This document shows positions 45,773 through 54,693 of a stretch of 64,000 bases of DNA, piece by piece. A program made the translations under genes and the position numbers. This DNA comes from a bacterium (GTDB lineage: Bacteria; Patescibacteriota; Minisyncoccia; Phycocordibacterales; UBA12088): the NCBI GenBank assembly GCA_003252295.1, contig QKEV01000003.1, positions 128,701-192,700 on the forward strand. Reading direction: 5' to 3'. The notes below the pieces were generated by a model that saw only the letters and a list, made by a program, of their open reading frames with translations, did not search any database and was not told the origin of the DNA. Position 1 is the stretch's first letter; the number at the start of each line of letters is the position of its first letter.

Positions 45773-47129
45773 AACAGTTTTCTCAAGAGGTATTACTTTT
45801 CTACGTGAACATCCACAACTTTGGTTTACTGCGCTGGTTGCAGTAGTGATTCTCTCCTCGTATCTCTACTTTGCTTGGCGTTTTGCAAGCATTGCCCAAA
45901 ATGCACAGGAAGATCTCGTAAATGTGCGTGCAGGGTCATTTCTAGATACATTTGTCGTTTTTGTCCCTGATACCATTAATGACAGAGAACTGCTGCGAAC
46001 TCATGTATCACAACTACGAGAAGAGAACCCCACCATTGATTCACTTGTTATATATGCAGAGCATGGGAATGGTGACCTGCGGGTGTACTTATCGGACAAT
46101 GGTCCAAATGAGGGCACCGTTATCCAAGATGTCCCAGACCTGTACTCGCTTGCATACTCGACCGACAGTTCTTATACCATGAAGACACAACGTGACGGTG
46201 AGCGGTACTTCATTACAGCACGAGCAATACATGACCAAAATGGTTCACCTATTGCACTTGCGGTTATGGAACAGAGTATGGCAGAAGCTGACAAGCAGAT
46301 CACTGAAAATATTCAAATGAGTATGTACCTCCTATTGGGGGTACTTTTTGTAATAGTGGTACTGTTCTTGCGTCATGCTCGTATCGTTGATTTTGCAACA
46401 CTGTATAAGAAACAGGTTGAGATAGATAAAATGAAGGATAGTTTTGTCTCTATGGCGAGTCATGAGCTTAAGAGTCCACTATCAGTGATACGTGGGTATG
46501 TAGAACTACTGGAAGATGGAGCAAAGGATGAAGAAGAGCATGCAGAGTATTTGCGAAGAATAAGTATTTCAGCAAATGAATTGAGAGACCTCATTGATGA
46601 TATTTTAGATGTTTCAAGAATTGAAATGGGTAGGTTGCGTTTCTCTGCTGAACCAGTGAAAACTGCTGATATTTTACGCGAGGTGACTGACATGTTTGCT
46701 GTTCAGGCTGAGGGTAAAGGTTTAGAATTATCACTCACTATAGAAGAGGGTGCTGAAGATGCAGTAGCAAGTGTTGATAGGGGAAGGTTGAAGCAGGTTG
46801 CTGTCAATCTTTTTTCCAATGCGCTCAAATATACACTTGAAGGGAAGGTTGCTGTGACACAGAAGGTACTCGATGGAAAAATCATTGAATTTTCAGTAAA
46901 GGACAGCGGTATTGGTATGACTGCAGATGAGCTCAAGAAACTATTTGATAAGTTTTATCGTGCTGAAGCGAAAGAAGCGAGAGCAGTGAAGGGAACAGGA
47001 CTTGGTCTATGGATCACTAAGTACATTATTGAGCACATGAAAGGCACGATATCAGTTGAGTCAATCAAGGGAGAGGGTTCGAGATTTGTCGTGCAATTCC
47101 CGGTTAGTAAGGAAATACAAGTACAATAA
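45744..47129 (+). CDS. Sensor histidine kinase (HisKA + HATPase_c), 2 TM. No adjacent response regulator.
   Basis: H-box SMASHELKSPLSVIRGY. N/G boxes VNLFSNALKYT and GTGLGLWITKYIIEHMKG. Start overlaps the upstream gene's end by 29 nt. Confidence 0.85.
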   Translation: MRSLKMTYVKTVFSRGITFLREHPQLWFTALVAVVILSSYLYFAWRFASIAQNAQEDLVNVRAGSFLDTFVVFVPDTINDRELLRTHVSQLREENPTIDSLVIYAEHGNGDLRVYLSDNGPNEGTVIQDVPDLYSLAYSTDSSYTMKTQRDGERYFITARAIHDQNGSPIALAVMEQSMAEADKQITENIQMSMYLLLGVLFVIVVLFLRHARIVDFATLYKKQVEIDKMKDSFVSMASHELKSPLSVIRGYVELLEDGAKDEEEHAEYLRRISISANELRDLIDDILDVSRIEMGRLRFSAEPVKTADILREVTDMFAVQAEGKGLELSLTIEEGAEDAVASVDRGRLKQVAVNLFSNALKYTLEGKVAVTQKVLDGKIIEFSVKDSGIGMTADELKKLFDKFYRAEAKEARAVKGTGLGLWITKYIIEHMKGTISVESIKGEGSRFVVQFPVSKEIQVQ

Positions 47130-47130
47130 C

Positions 47131-47928
47131 TTACTGCAGTATGGTAAGTGTGTTTGCTTCAGGGATGTCACCAAGGTAGATAGTTGGAGGGATAGCGATT
47201 GCACTAATGCCATTTGTGTCTCGTTGTAAACTAATAGGTGCATTAGCTTTTATAAGTGTGTCATGAATCAGTGTGAGTGTGTTTTTGTCAGCACCATAGA
47301 GTACCACGGTTTTTTCTCCAAAGAACCAATCACCGAGTTCAGGTTCAAGTAAGTTCGCATTTCCTTTAGCGCGTATGAGTCCTTTTTGAACAATTTCTCC
47401 TGTAAGCGCCACACTCGTTTTTGCAATATCTGCTTTACTTAATGCTTGAAGCTTTTTAGTGTTGATGAGGATATCAATTGGATGATGTTTTCTTTTCATT
47501 TTACCCATAATGCCAATAGGGAGTACTCCAATTTCAATACCAAGTACGACCGCTTTCGGTTCTTCCCACTCATGTGCATGTGCCCAGTTTGAAAGCAGTG
47601 TCATTGCAGGGAGTGTGTCTCTATTTGAATTATCATGCAACCAAAAGATCCATTGCGCTCTCCGGACCGCTTGTTGCTCGTCGTGGAGGGTGAAGATATT
47701 TACATGATGGGGTTGAGGTACAACAGATGTGAAATTTTCAAAAGTGTCTAAAGTAAAAGCTCCAACAGAAGAGGAAAGCCATTGGGAAAATGTTGTGTTT
47801 TTTTCAGCAAAATCAATAAGAGAAAAAGCGAGTGCTTCGTAGTATGAAAGAAATTGTACTTGTTTAGTGTGTTGATGTTGCTTCATACGTTTTACTGTAC
47901 AGTAGTTAGTTTTTTCAAAGTGTATCAT
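47131..47928 (-). CDS. Hypothetical cytoplasmic protein of 265 aa.
   Basis: Clean ORF on the minus strand, convergent with the HK gene. No recognisable motif. Confidence 0.45.
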   Translation of the reverse strand: MIHFEKTNYCTVKRMKQHQHTKQVQFLSYYEALAFSLIDFAEKNTTFSQWLSSSVGAFTLDTFENFTSVVPQPHHVNIFTLHDEQQAVRRAQWIFWLHDNSNRDTLPAMTLLSNWAHAHEWEEPKAVVLGIEIGVLPIGIMGKMKRKHHPIDILINTKKLQALSKADIAKTSVALTGEIVQKGLIRAKGNANLLEPELGDWFFGEKTVVLYGADKNTLTLIHDTLIKANAPISLQRDTNGISAIAIPPTIYLGDIPEANTLTILQ

Positions 47929-48021
47929 GATAAAAAGTAAATGAAATTAGTAATTGCTCTCACAGGTAACTGGATAGTCAGGTAGAGTTTAGAGGTGCAC
48001 TCTTGTATACTTAGAAGTACG

Positions 48022-48360
48022 ATGGATGAAATTGAAAGAAAGGGAAGGAGACGCACACAAAGAAAACGTGGCTTTTTAAGTGTTACGTTTCGCACCATTG
48101 GTGCATTGGTGCGTTTTCTTTTTGAAAAAATGCGTGAGGATGTGGCAGTAATGCTAATAAATGCTCGGCTCTATATAGGTCTGGCATTCCTCATTGTTGG
48201 TCTTCTTTCATTCTCATCAGGGAAGTATTGTGATGGCAACTCTTCGAGTTACTATGCATGCACTCGTCCATCAACGTACTACTACTACTCATGGTGGGCA
48301 ACAATACTTGTAGTAGTAGGGTCATTCTTTATAGTTCTTTGGTTCCTTCGTAGAAAATAA
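48022..48360 (+). CDS. Small membrane protein with 2 TM, hypothetical.
   Basis: ATG at MDEIERKG. TM helices LYIGLAFLIVGLLSF and WATILVVVGSFFIVLWFL. Confidence 0.35.
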   Translation: MDEIERKGRRRTQRKRGFLSVTFRTIGALVRFLFEKMREDVAVMLINARLYIGLAFLIVGLLSFSSGKYCDGNSSSYYACTRPSTYYYYSWWATILVVVGSFFIVLWFLRRK

Positions 48361-48389
48361 TAGCTTCTGCGTAGTGCCAAACTTTGCAT

Positions 48390-49856
48390 ATGGGCAAAAA
48401 AAGGTACTTCATCTCGCTCTTCATAGGTGTATTTGTAACAGCGCTGACCATGAGCGTGGGAGACCTTTTTGCTGATGATCCACCAGAGATTACAGGAGTA
48501 ACAGTAGAGAGTACGTCTAACAATCAGGCGGTTGTGACCTGGTATACAGACAAGGCTTCTGATTCAATTGTTAATTTTGGAAAACAGCCACACTATGGCA
48601 TTATGCGCACCCCAGGTTTTGATAAGGTAGTGCACTCTGTCGTACTTGATGATCTGGATGCGTCAACGTACTACCATTTTCGAGTATCAAGTACAGATGA
48701 ACTTGGTAACCAGGGTGTTTCAGGAGATTATGTTTTTAGGACAGGTGGTTTTTTAGATATTGAAAACATACAACAGGTAAGTTCTGAAGAACAACAGATG
48801 CTTGTTGGACAGGCAAAAGATGTTATAGCTCAAATCACTGATCCTGCCGCGCTTGAGCTCGTGCAGACTGAGGTGCAGGCACAGGCACAGGATCTTTTAC
48901 GACCCCCTGAGGTCATTGGCTTACCACGAGCAATCGATATTACCTCAACAGAGGCAAAGATTATTTGGGCAACAAGCAGGGATTCAAACTCAATCGTTAA
49001 CTATGCGACTGAGGCTCAGTATGATGGTACCAACTATGCACAAACCGTTGCACAGCTTGATGACTCTACAAAAGACCATGAAGTGTTGCTCACAGGACTC
49101 AATCCAGCAACAACGTATCATTTCATGGTTGAGTCAGAAGATGAGTTTGGTCTTTCTGGAGCAGGAAGCGACGTTACCTTTACGACAAAATCTCCTATTC
49201 CTACCATCGAAGATGTGCAGATTATTAAGATCGAGGAGGACTCAGCAACATTTGCCTGGTCTACAGATATTCCAGCTGCTGGTGCTGTGATATATGAAAA
49301 CTCAGTAACAGGTGAAATACGCTCTGAGGGAAGTCCTGAATTTTTGACGACACAGACGGTGCGTCTCACTGACCTTACACTTGGAGTGACATATATAGCG
49401 ACAGTGCAAGCTGAAAATAGCCAAGGTGAGATGCGAGAGAGTGAACCAATCAGTTTTACCACTATTCGTGATGAGGAACCACCGATCATTAGTCGTGTGA
49501 ATAATGAATCAACACTGTACCCAGGTGCAGAGACACGAATTCAAACGATAGTATCTTGGGGTACTGATGAACCAAGCTACTGTAGGTTGTACTATAGCCA
49601 AGGTCTTGGAGGTGCTGAAAATGCTACTGAAATGGAAGAAAATACAGAGCCATCACTTGAGCATGTGCGTGTAATCACCGAGTTCTTGCCGTCAACGGTA
49701 TACAAGTACTGGGTGGCATGTAAAGATCGTTCTGGAAATGAGGAGGCATCAGATGACTTTGTGCTCTTTACCCCTGAAAAGGAAAAGAGCATCATTGATA
49801 TCATTCTTGAGAACTTCGAGGGAACCTTTGGTTGGGTAAAGAATATTGGAGGATAA
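48390..49856 (+). CDS. Secreted protein with four FN3-like (purple-acid-phosphatase N-terminal-type) domains.
   Basis: Signal peptide MGKKRYFISLFIGVFVTALTMSVG. Repeats VTVESTSNNQAVVTWYTDKASDSIVNFG...TYYHFRVSSTDELGN...FRT, ITSTEAKIIWATSRDSNSIVNY...TTYHFMVESEDEFG...FTT, and two more. Confidence 0.7.
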   Translation: MGKKRYFISLFIGVFVTALTMSVGDLFADDPPEITGVTVESTSNNQAVVTWYTDKASDSIVNFGKQPHYGIMRTPGFDKVVHSVVLDDLDASTYYHFRVSSTDELGNQGVSGDYVFRTGGFLDIENIQQVSSEEQQMLVGQAKDVIAQITDPAALELVQTEVQAQAQDLLRPPEVIGLPRAIDITSTEAKIIWATSRDSNSIVNYATEAQYDGTNYAQTVAQLDDSTKDHEVLLTGLNPATTYHFMVESEDEFGLSGAGSDVTFTTKSPIPTIEDVQIIKIEEDSATFAWSTDIPAAGAVIYENSVTGEIRSEGSPEFLTTQTVRLTDLTLGVTYIATVQAENSQGEMRESEPISFTTIRDEEPPIISRVNNESTLYPGAETRIQTIVSWGTDEPSYCRLYYSQGLGGAENATEMEENTEPSLEHVRVITEFLPSTVYKYWVACKDRSGNEEASDDFVLFTPEKEKSIIDIILENFEGTFGWVKNIGG

Positions 49857-49857
49857 T

Positions 49858-51309
49858 ATGCGATCGATCATTCAAACAAAAGACGTTGACGTAACGTACA
49901 ATAACGGAAAATCAAATGAGTTTAAGGCACTCAAAGGAGTGACTTGTGAGATTGCAGCACGTGAGTACATCATCTTTTTTGGTCCTTCTGGATGTGGCAA
50001 ATCAACACTCCTCTACTCTATTTTTGGCGTACTTGAGCCATCATCAGGCGACGTGATTGTGAAGGGTGATTCAATATATAAGTATGAGCCAATGGATCTA
50101 GTGATGTACCAGAGAAAAACGATGGGTATCATGTACCAATCCTTCAACCTTATTCCATCACTTACAGTTCTTGATAATGTCCAGTTGCCACTTATCTTTG
50201 CTGGTTTTCCACCTTCAACACGTGAGCGTACAGCTATGGATCTGCTCGATAGGTTTGGTATTGCGCATGTTGCACATAAGCGCCCTGGTTTGCTTTCAGG
50301 AGGTCAGCAACAACGTGTGTCAGTTGCAAGAAGTTTAGTGAATGATCCAGAGATTCTCATTGCTGATGAGCCAGTCGGTAACCTTGATTTCGTTTCAGCG
50401 GAAGCCGTTATGAATACGCTTCAGGAAATTAACATGAACGACAAGAAGACGGTTCTCCTCGTTACACATGATGCTAAGTATTTACCATATGCTCATCGAG
50501 TCTTTTACCTTGATTACGGAAGGATTGATCGTATTGTTCCAAACCCAGAAAAGCGGCAAATTATCAAAGTCCGCCCTGGTGAGACGATCGTTACCGAGCT
50601 TGAGCAGCTCGCACGTATTTATCCGTACGATTCACCTGAACAGTTGCGGGTGAAGAGTATTGTAAACTTCCTTACTCAAAACCTTTCTTATGATCAGATA
50701 GTGCGTCTTGAAAAAATGACACAGCATGTGATTGAAGGGGTATTATCCAAAGAACAGTTTGGTGCACTCATGACCACTGATTATGAAGCAGGAGGATGTG
50801 GTATTAAACCGAAGCAAGCAAAAGAGATGACTGAGAAAATGTACACCATACTTGAACAATCAGAAGATGTGGTGCGCTTTAGACGTGTTTCAAGAGATCA
50901 AAATACAATTGATCTTGCTCGTCTTGAACTCATTAAACATATCCATAAGTATATGGTAGAAGAGTGTCATGTCGAACTTGATTCAAAACTGCTTGAACAG
51001 CTCACAAAGATGGTTACCGTTCGTGTGTTTGGATATATTACGCGAGAAGAATTCCACAGGCAGTTACGTATGCCGGCAGACGAAGGTGGTGGTGGTTTTG
51101 ACATATACCTTGCAGCAGATCTCTCACGATACCTTGAGAAACTTATTGCTCAAGGGGTATCACATTTCCAACAACATCAAGAAGCACGTCCTGATGCAAC
51201 AAACCTCCATGCTCAGCAGGCCAAGAAGTTTGAAGATATGGATAAGGGTATATTATCGAAACTTACTCACCTTTTTTCCAAGAAAAAAGAAAAAGGGGAT
51301 AAAAAATAG
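49858..51309 (+). CDS. ABC transporter ATP-binding protein, MacB/LolD/FtsE-like, with an unusual C-terminal extension of about 250 aa.
   Basis: Walker A GPSGCGKST, signature LSGGQQQRVSVARS, Walker B ILIADEP. GGAGG Shine-Dalgarno 5 nt upstream of the ATG at 49858. The gene starts 1 nt after the previous stop. Confidence 0.9.
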   Translation: MRSIIQTKDVDVTYNNGKSNEFKALKGVTCEIAAREYIIFFGPSGCGKSTLLYSIFGVLEPSSGDVIVKGDSIYKYEPMDLVMYQRKTMGIMYQSFNLIPSLTVLDNVQLPLIFAGFPPSTRERTAMDLLDRFGIAHVAHKRPGLLSGGQQQRVSVARSLVNDPEILIADEPVGNLDFVSAEAVMNTLQEINMNDKKTVLLVTHDAKYLPYAHRVFYLDYGRIDRIVPNPEKRQIIKVRPGETIVTELEQLARIYPYDSPEQLRVKSIVNFLTQNLSYDQIVRLEKMTQHVIEGVLSKEQFGALMTTDYEAGGCGIKPKQAKEMTEKMYTILEQSEDVVRFRRVSRDQNTIDLARLELIKHIHKYMVEECHVELDSKLLEQLTKMVTVRVFGYITREEFHRQLRMPADEGGGGFDIYLAADLSRYLEKLIAQGVSHFQQHQEARPDATNLHAQQAKKFEDMDKGILSKLTHLFSKKKEKGDKK

Positions 51310-51315
51310 TGAACC

Positions 51316-52521
51316 ATGAGGATAGCAGACATTGCCAGACTTTCAACACGTATGTTTAAGACAAACCCGGCTCGTACCTGGTTGACTATTTTAGGTATGG
51401 GTGTTGGTACTGGTGCTGTGGTAACGCTCGTAGGTCTTGGTTTTGGTTTGCAAAATATTATCCTTGAGCAGATTGTCCTTGGAGATACATTGCGATCACT
51501 CAATGTGACACCTCCTCCAGCGAGAAGTGTGACATTGAATCCACAAACGGTGCAGGAGTTTTTCGAAATTGAGCGAGTAAAGGATGTTGCACCACTCGCT
51601 AGTTTTGAAGCAAACATTACATTTGAAGGGTATACCGGAAGTACCTTCTTACAGGGTGCAAACCCAAACTACTTTGGCTACACGGGTACCAAAGAAATAG
51701 CAGGTAGGTTGTTTACAGAAGATACGATTGATGAGGACAGAAACAGTGTCATTCTGTCGAGTGCTATGCTCAAACTCTTTGAAGTTGAGGATCCTGAAGA
51801 GGCTATTGGCAAACAAGTTTCCTTTAATGTGTTTGTTTCCACTGAGGATGGTGGCACTATTGAGACTGAGTTTAAAAAACGGTACACAGTGGTCGGGGTG
51901 AGTAGTGAGGAGAGTAGTCCGGATGCAATACTTTTACTCGATGAGCTTACAAGTCAGATTGTTGTTGATGAGTATGAACGTGCGCAGGTTTTAGTTGATA
52001 GTGCAGACTATCTTGATCAGGTTACCGAGGCGATCATTGAACGAGGTTTCGGTGTAACAGCACTCAGTAAAACTGTAGATCAAGCAAAGAAGATCTTTCA
52101 AGGTATTCAGGGAGTGCTTGCTGTATTCGGAGGTATCGCACTTGTGGTGTCTGCGATTGGTATGTTCAACACTATGACCGTTACCCTTCTCGAGAGAACT
52201 GGTGAGATCGGTATTATGCGCACACTTGGTGCTAGTTCAAACGATATTAAGATACTTTTCATTGCTGAAGCTGTTGTTGTGGGATTCTTGGGAGGTGTTG
52301 TTGGAATTATGATTGGAGTAGGTATCGGTTTTTCATTGAACACTATGGTAAATATCTTGGCTACATCAAATGGTGGAAAGGCTGTTGCTTTGTTTGCGTA
52401 TCCACCTATATTCATCATGTTTATTGCAGGATTTTCAGCAGTTGTTGGGTTTTTGACTGGAGTTTTTCCGGCAACTCGAGCTGCAGCACTAAACCCACTT
52501 GACGCAATTAGGTATAAATAG
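51316..52521 (+). CDS. ABC transporter permease, FtsX/MacB family (4 TM plus a periplasmic domain).
   Basis: N-terminal TM, large extracytoplasmic domain, C-terminal IGIMRTLGASSNDIKILFIAEAVVVGFLGG...FPATRAAALNPLDAIRY typical of the FtsX domain. Confidence 0.85.
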   Translation: MRIADIARLSTRMFKTNPARTWLTILGMGVGTGAVVTLVGLGFGLQNIILEQIVLGDTLRSLNVTPPPARSVTLNPQTVQEFFEIERVKDVAPLASFEANITFEGYTGSTFLQGANPNYFGYTGTKEIAGRLFTEDTIDEDRNSVILSSAMLKLFEVEDPEEAIGKQVSFNVFVSTEDGGTIETEFKKRYTVVGVSSEESSPDAILLLDELTSQIVVDEYERAQVLVDSADYLDQVTEAIIERGFGVTALSKTVDQAKKIFQGIQGVLAVFGGIALVVSAIGMFNTMTVTLLERTGEIGIMRTLGASSNDIKILFIAEAVVVGFLGGVVGIMIGVGIGFSLNTMVNILATSNGGKAVALFAYPPIFIMFIAGFSAVVGFLTGVFPATRAAALNPLDAIRYK

Positions 52522-52548
52522 GGAACTGTGTAATTTTCCACAATTTTT

Positions 52549-52600
52549 GTGCATAAGGTGTGCATAAGGTGTTTGAAAACTAGTGTATAATTAGTGGGAT
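52549..52600 (+). promoter_or_regulatory. Putative promoter of the 52612 gene: tandem 11-mer gtgcataaggt x2, then a TATAAT box.
   Basis: gtgcataaggtgtgcataaggt at 52549-52570. tgtataat at about 52583-52590, roughly 20 nt before the ATG. Confidence 0.35.
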
Positions 52601-52611
52601 AAAGGTTTTGC

Positions 52612-54492
52612 ATGACTGAGAACATACGACACATAGTACAAAAAAGAGGTAAGGTAGCGCTTGTTGCGTTGCTTTCTGTTGTTTCAGTATTCATCCTCAG
52701 TGTCTTGTTTGATACACAGGAGATGAGTAGTGTTCACAGTGTTCAGGCAACAAGTACCGCAACGACGACGGTACGAGTTTTGAATACTCCACCTGCATGG
52801 ACAACAACTGCATATGAAAAGTATGATTCATCAACAACCACTCCTACTAACGTAGGAACATCAACTGTATGGACTGCTCAGGCAACTGATAGTAATGGTG
52901 AGCCATACTATCTACTTGTTTGCATGTCGAGTTCGACACCAATTGCTATAGGTGGACAACCACCTGTTTGTGGTGGGGGAAGTACTGATCAGTGGGCTAT
53001 TTCTGCGCTTACACCGAGTGGTACCTTTGCGGAAGTTTCCACAACAACACAGGTATCTTGGAATGAGAGGAATCCTTGGTACGCTTACATTTGTGATAGT
53101 AATGCTGGTGATCCATCATGTAACGATATTATGTACAATGGTCTCGATGATGGTACAGCAGACCCTCAAGATTCACCGTTTATAGTGAACCACCCAGCAA
53201 GTTTTACCGTTGCAGCTGATGATTCTCCAACACTTCCAGGTGATACGGTGACCTGGACTACAACTGCAACTGATACCGTTGATACACTTCGTGGTACTGA
53301 CTCACTGCAACTCTTTGTCTGTAAATCAAATGATTTTGATGTTTCAATACCCGGATGTGGTCCTTCAGGTGCATGGGCAACAAGTACTCTCTTTGCTGCA
53401 GGTAACCCATCAACCTCTACAGTCCTCGCTATTCCACTTCAAGATACTGACCATGATGCCTACGTATATGTAGTTGATGAATTTAATCTCGCTGCAACAG
53501 GAGCTGCTCAAGGTTCAAATACAACACTAACGGTGAGCAATGCAACACCATACGTAGCAAGCTCTACGATAACTGTATATGACGTTGGTATGGTTGATAC
53601 TAATCTTAGACTTACGACTGAAGAGGGTGAGACTGAGAATTTTGTGATGCGTTTTGAGGTTGTTGATGATAATAGCTGTTTAAATGCTGCAAGTGGTAAT
53701 GAGATTACTGATGTTGATATTAATGTATTTCGTTCAGGAGTAGGATTACTAGACAGTACTGGTTGTGATGAGGCTGGAGAATACAATGCTAACAACTGCT
53801 ACACGGACACAACTAATGCTTCTAACTGGAGTCCGACATGTACCCAGGTACCAGGTGATTGTTTAGGTGCTACACAAGCGAGTGTGGAATGGGAGTGTAC
53901 GTTCCCACTTTGGTACATAGCTGATCCAACCGATGTAGGTAGCTTGTACGCAGGTGAGGATTGGCGTGGCGCTGCACGTGCAACTGATGATGATGCTGCA
54001 ACTACTGCATACTACTCAGTCGATGATGAAGCTGCTGACGGTGCTTCACAGTTGCTACAGTTCTTATCATTTAGGGCAACAGGTTCACCAATTGCTTATG
54101 GATCTCTTGAGCCAGGTGACTTCAATCCTCTTGAGTTCGCTACAACGACACTCTATGCTACAGGCAATACTGGTCTTGATCAGTACCTCTCAGGTGATGC
54201 GATGTGTGTGACCTATCCAACCTGTTCTAATGACCCGACAGATACCATTTATGTGCCGTATCAGCACTACTCACTCACCGAAGGAGCAGCCTTTGCTGCT
54301 GGAACACAGCTTTCTACAAGTACAGCACCTGCATACGTTGATGTGACAGTGCTCAAGACCACTGCTACATCAACACCGACGAGTGATGATACCTTCTGGG
54401 CTATTCAGGTACCAAGCAGTATTACTTTTGCCGGTGATTACATAGGACGCAACTACATTGATGCGGCAGTATCACCTAGTGGTGAATGGTAG
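52612..54492 (+). CDS. Secreted 626-aa protein whose C-terminal half is paralogous to the C-terminus of the 5883-aa giant, including the WxL-like domain.
   Basis: Signal anchor VALVALLSVVSVFILSVLF. Segments LWYIADPTDVGSLYAGEDWRGAARATDDD and IAYGSLEPGDFNPLEF...TFWAIQVP align with the giant's EIQYFAEPTDAGTYAGEHWEASLFVIDTT and INYGTLGIGEDTGAV...TLYWGIYVP. Confidence 0.7.
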   Translation: MTENIRHIVQKRGKVALVALLSVVSVFILSVLFDTQEMSSVHSVQATSTATTTVRVLNTPPAWTTTAYEKYDSSTTTPTNVGTSTVWTAQATDSNGEPYYLLVCMSSSTPIAIGGQPPVCGGGSTDQWAISALTPSGTFAEVSTTTQVSWNERNPWYAYICDSNAGDPSCNDIMYNGLDDGTADPQDSPFIVNHPASFTVAADDSPTLPGDTVTWTTTATDTVDTLRGTDSLQLFVCKSNDFDVSIPGCGPSGAWATSTLFAAGNPSTSTVLAIPLQDTDHDAYVYVVDEFNLAATGAAQGSNTTLTVSNATPYVASSTITVYDVGMVDTNLRLTTEEGETENFVMRFEVVDDNSCLNAASGNEITDVDINVFRSGVGLLDSTGCDEAGEYNANNCYTDTTNASNWSPTCTQVPGDCLGATQASVEWECTFPLWYIADPTDVGSLYAGEDWRGAARATDDDAATTAYYSVDDEAADGASQLLQFLSFRATGSPIAYGSLEPGDFNPLEFATTTLYATGNTGLDQYLSGDAMCVTYPTCSNDPTDTIYVPYQHYSLTEGAAFAAGTQLSTSTAPAYVDVTVLKTTATSTPTSDDTFWAIQVPSSITFAGDYIGRNYIDAAVSPSGEW

Positions 54493-54522
54493 TACTAGGA
54501 CATATTACATAGAACTAATTTT

Positions 54523-54549
54523 AAAAGGGCACGTATGTGCTCTTTTTTG
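54523..54549 (+). terminator. Rho-independent terminator.
   Basis: aaaagggcacgtatgtgctctttttt: a 7-bp stem with one G-U pair and a T6 run, 30 nt after the stop. Confidence 0.55.
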
Positions 54550-54693
54550 CTATGGTTTAACATCTAAAACTGTGGCGTAGTCATGGCTACCCACAACTTG
54601 TACCCAAAAGCAAGTATCATGTTTTCTTATTTATAGCTACAATAGATATACATCGGGACTTGTCCCGATTGTGGTTAATCACATAAATTTTGC

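Noticed and set aside
45744-47129. A two-component operon (looked for a cognate response regulator next to the histidine kinase).
   Set aside because: Neighbours are a surface protein upstream and an unrelated convergent hypothetical gene downstream. No REC-domain ORF is present, so the kinase is called an orphan.
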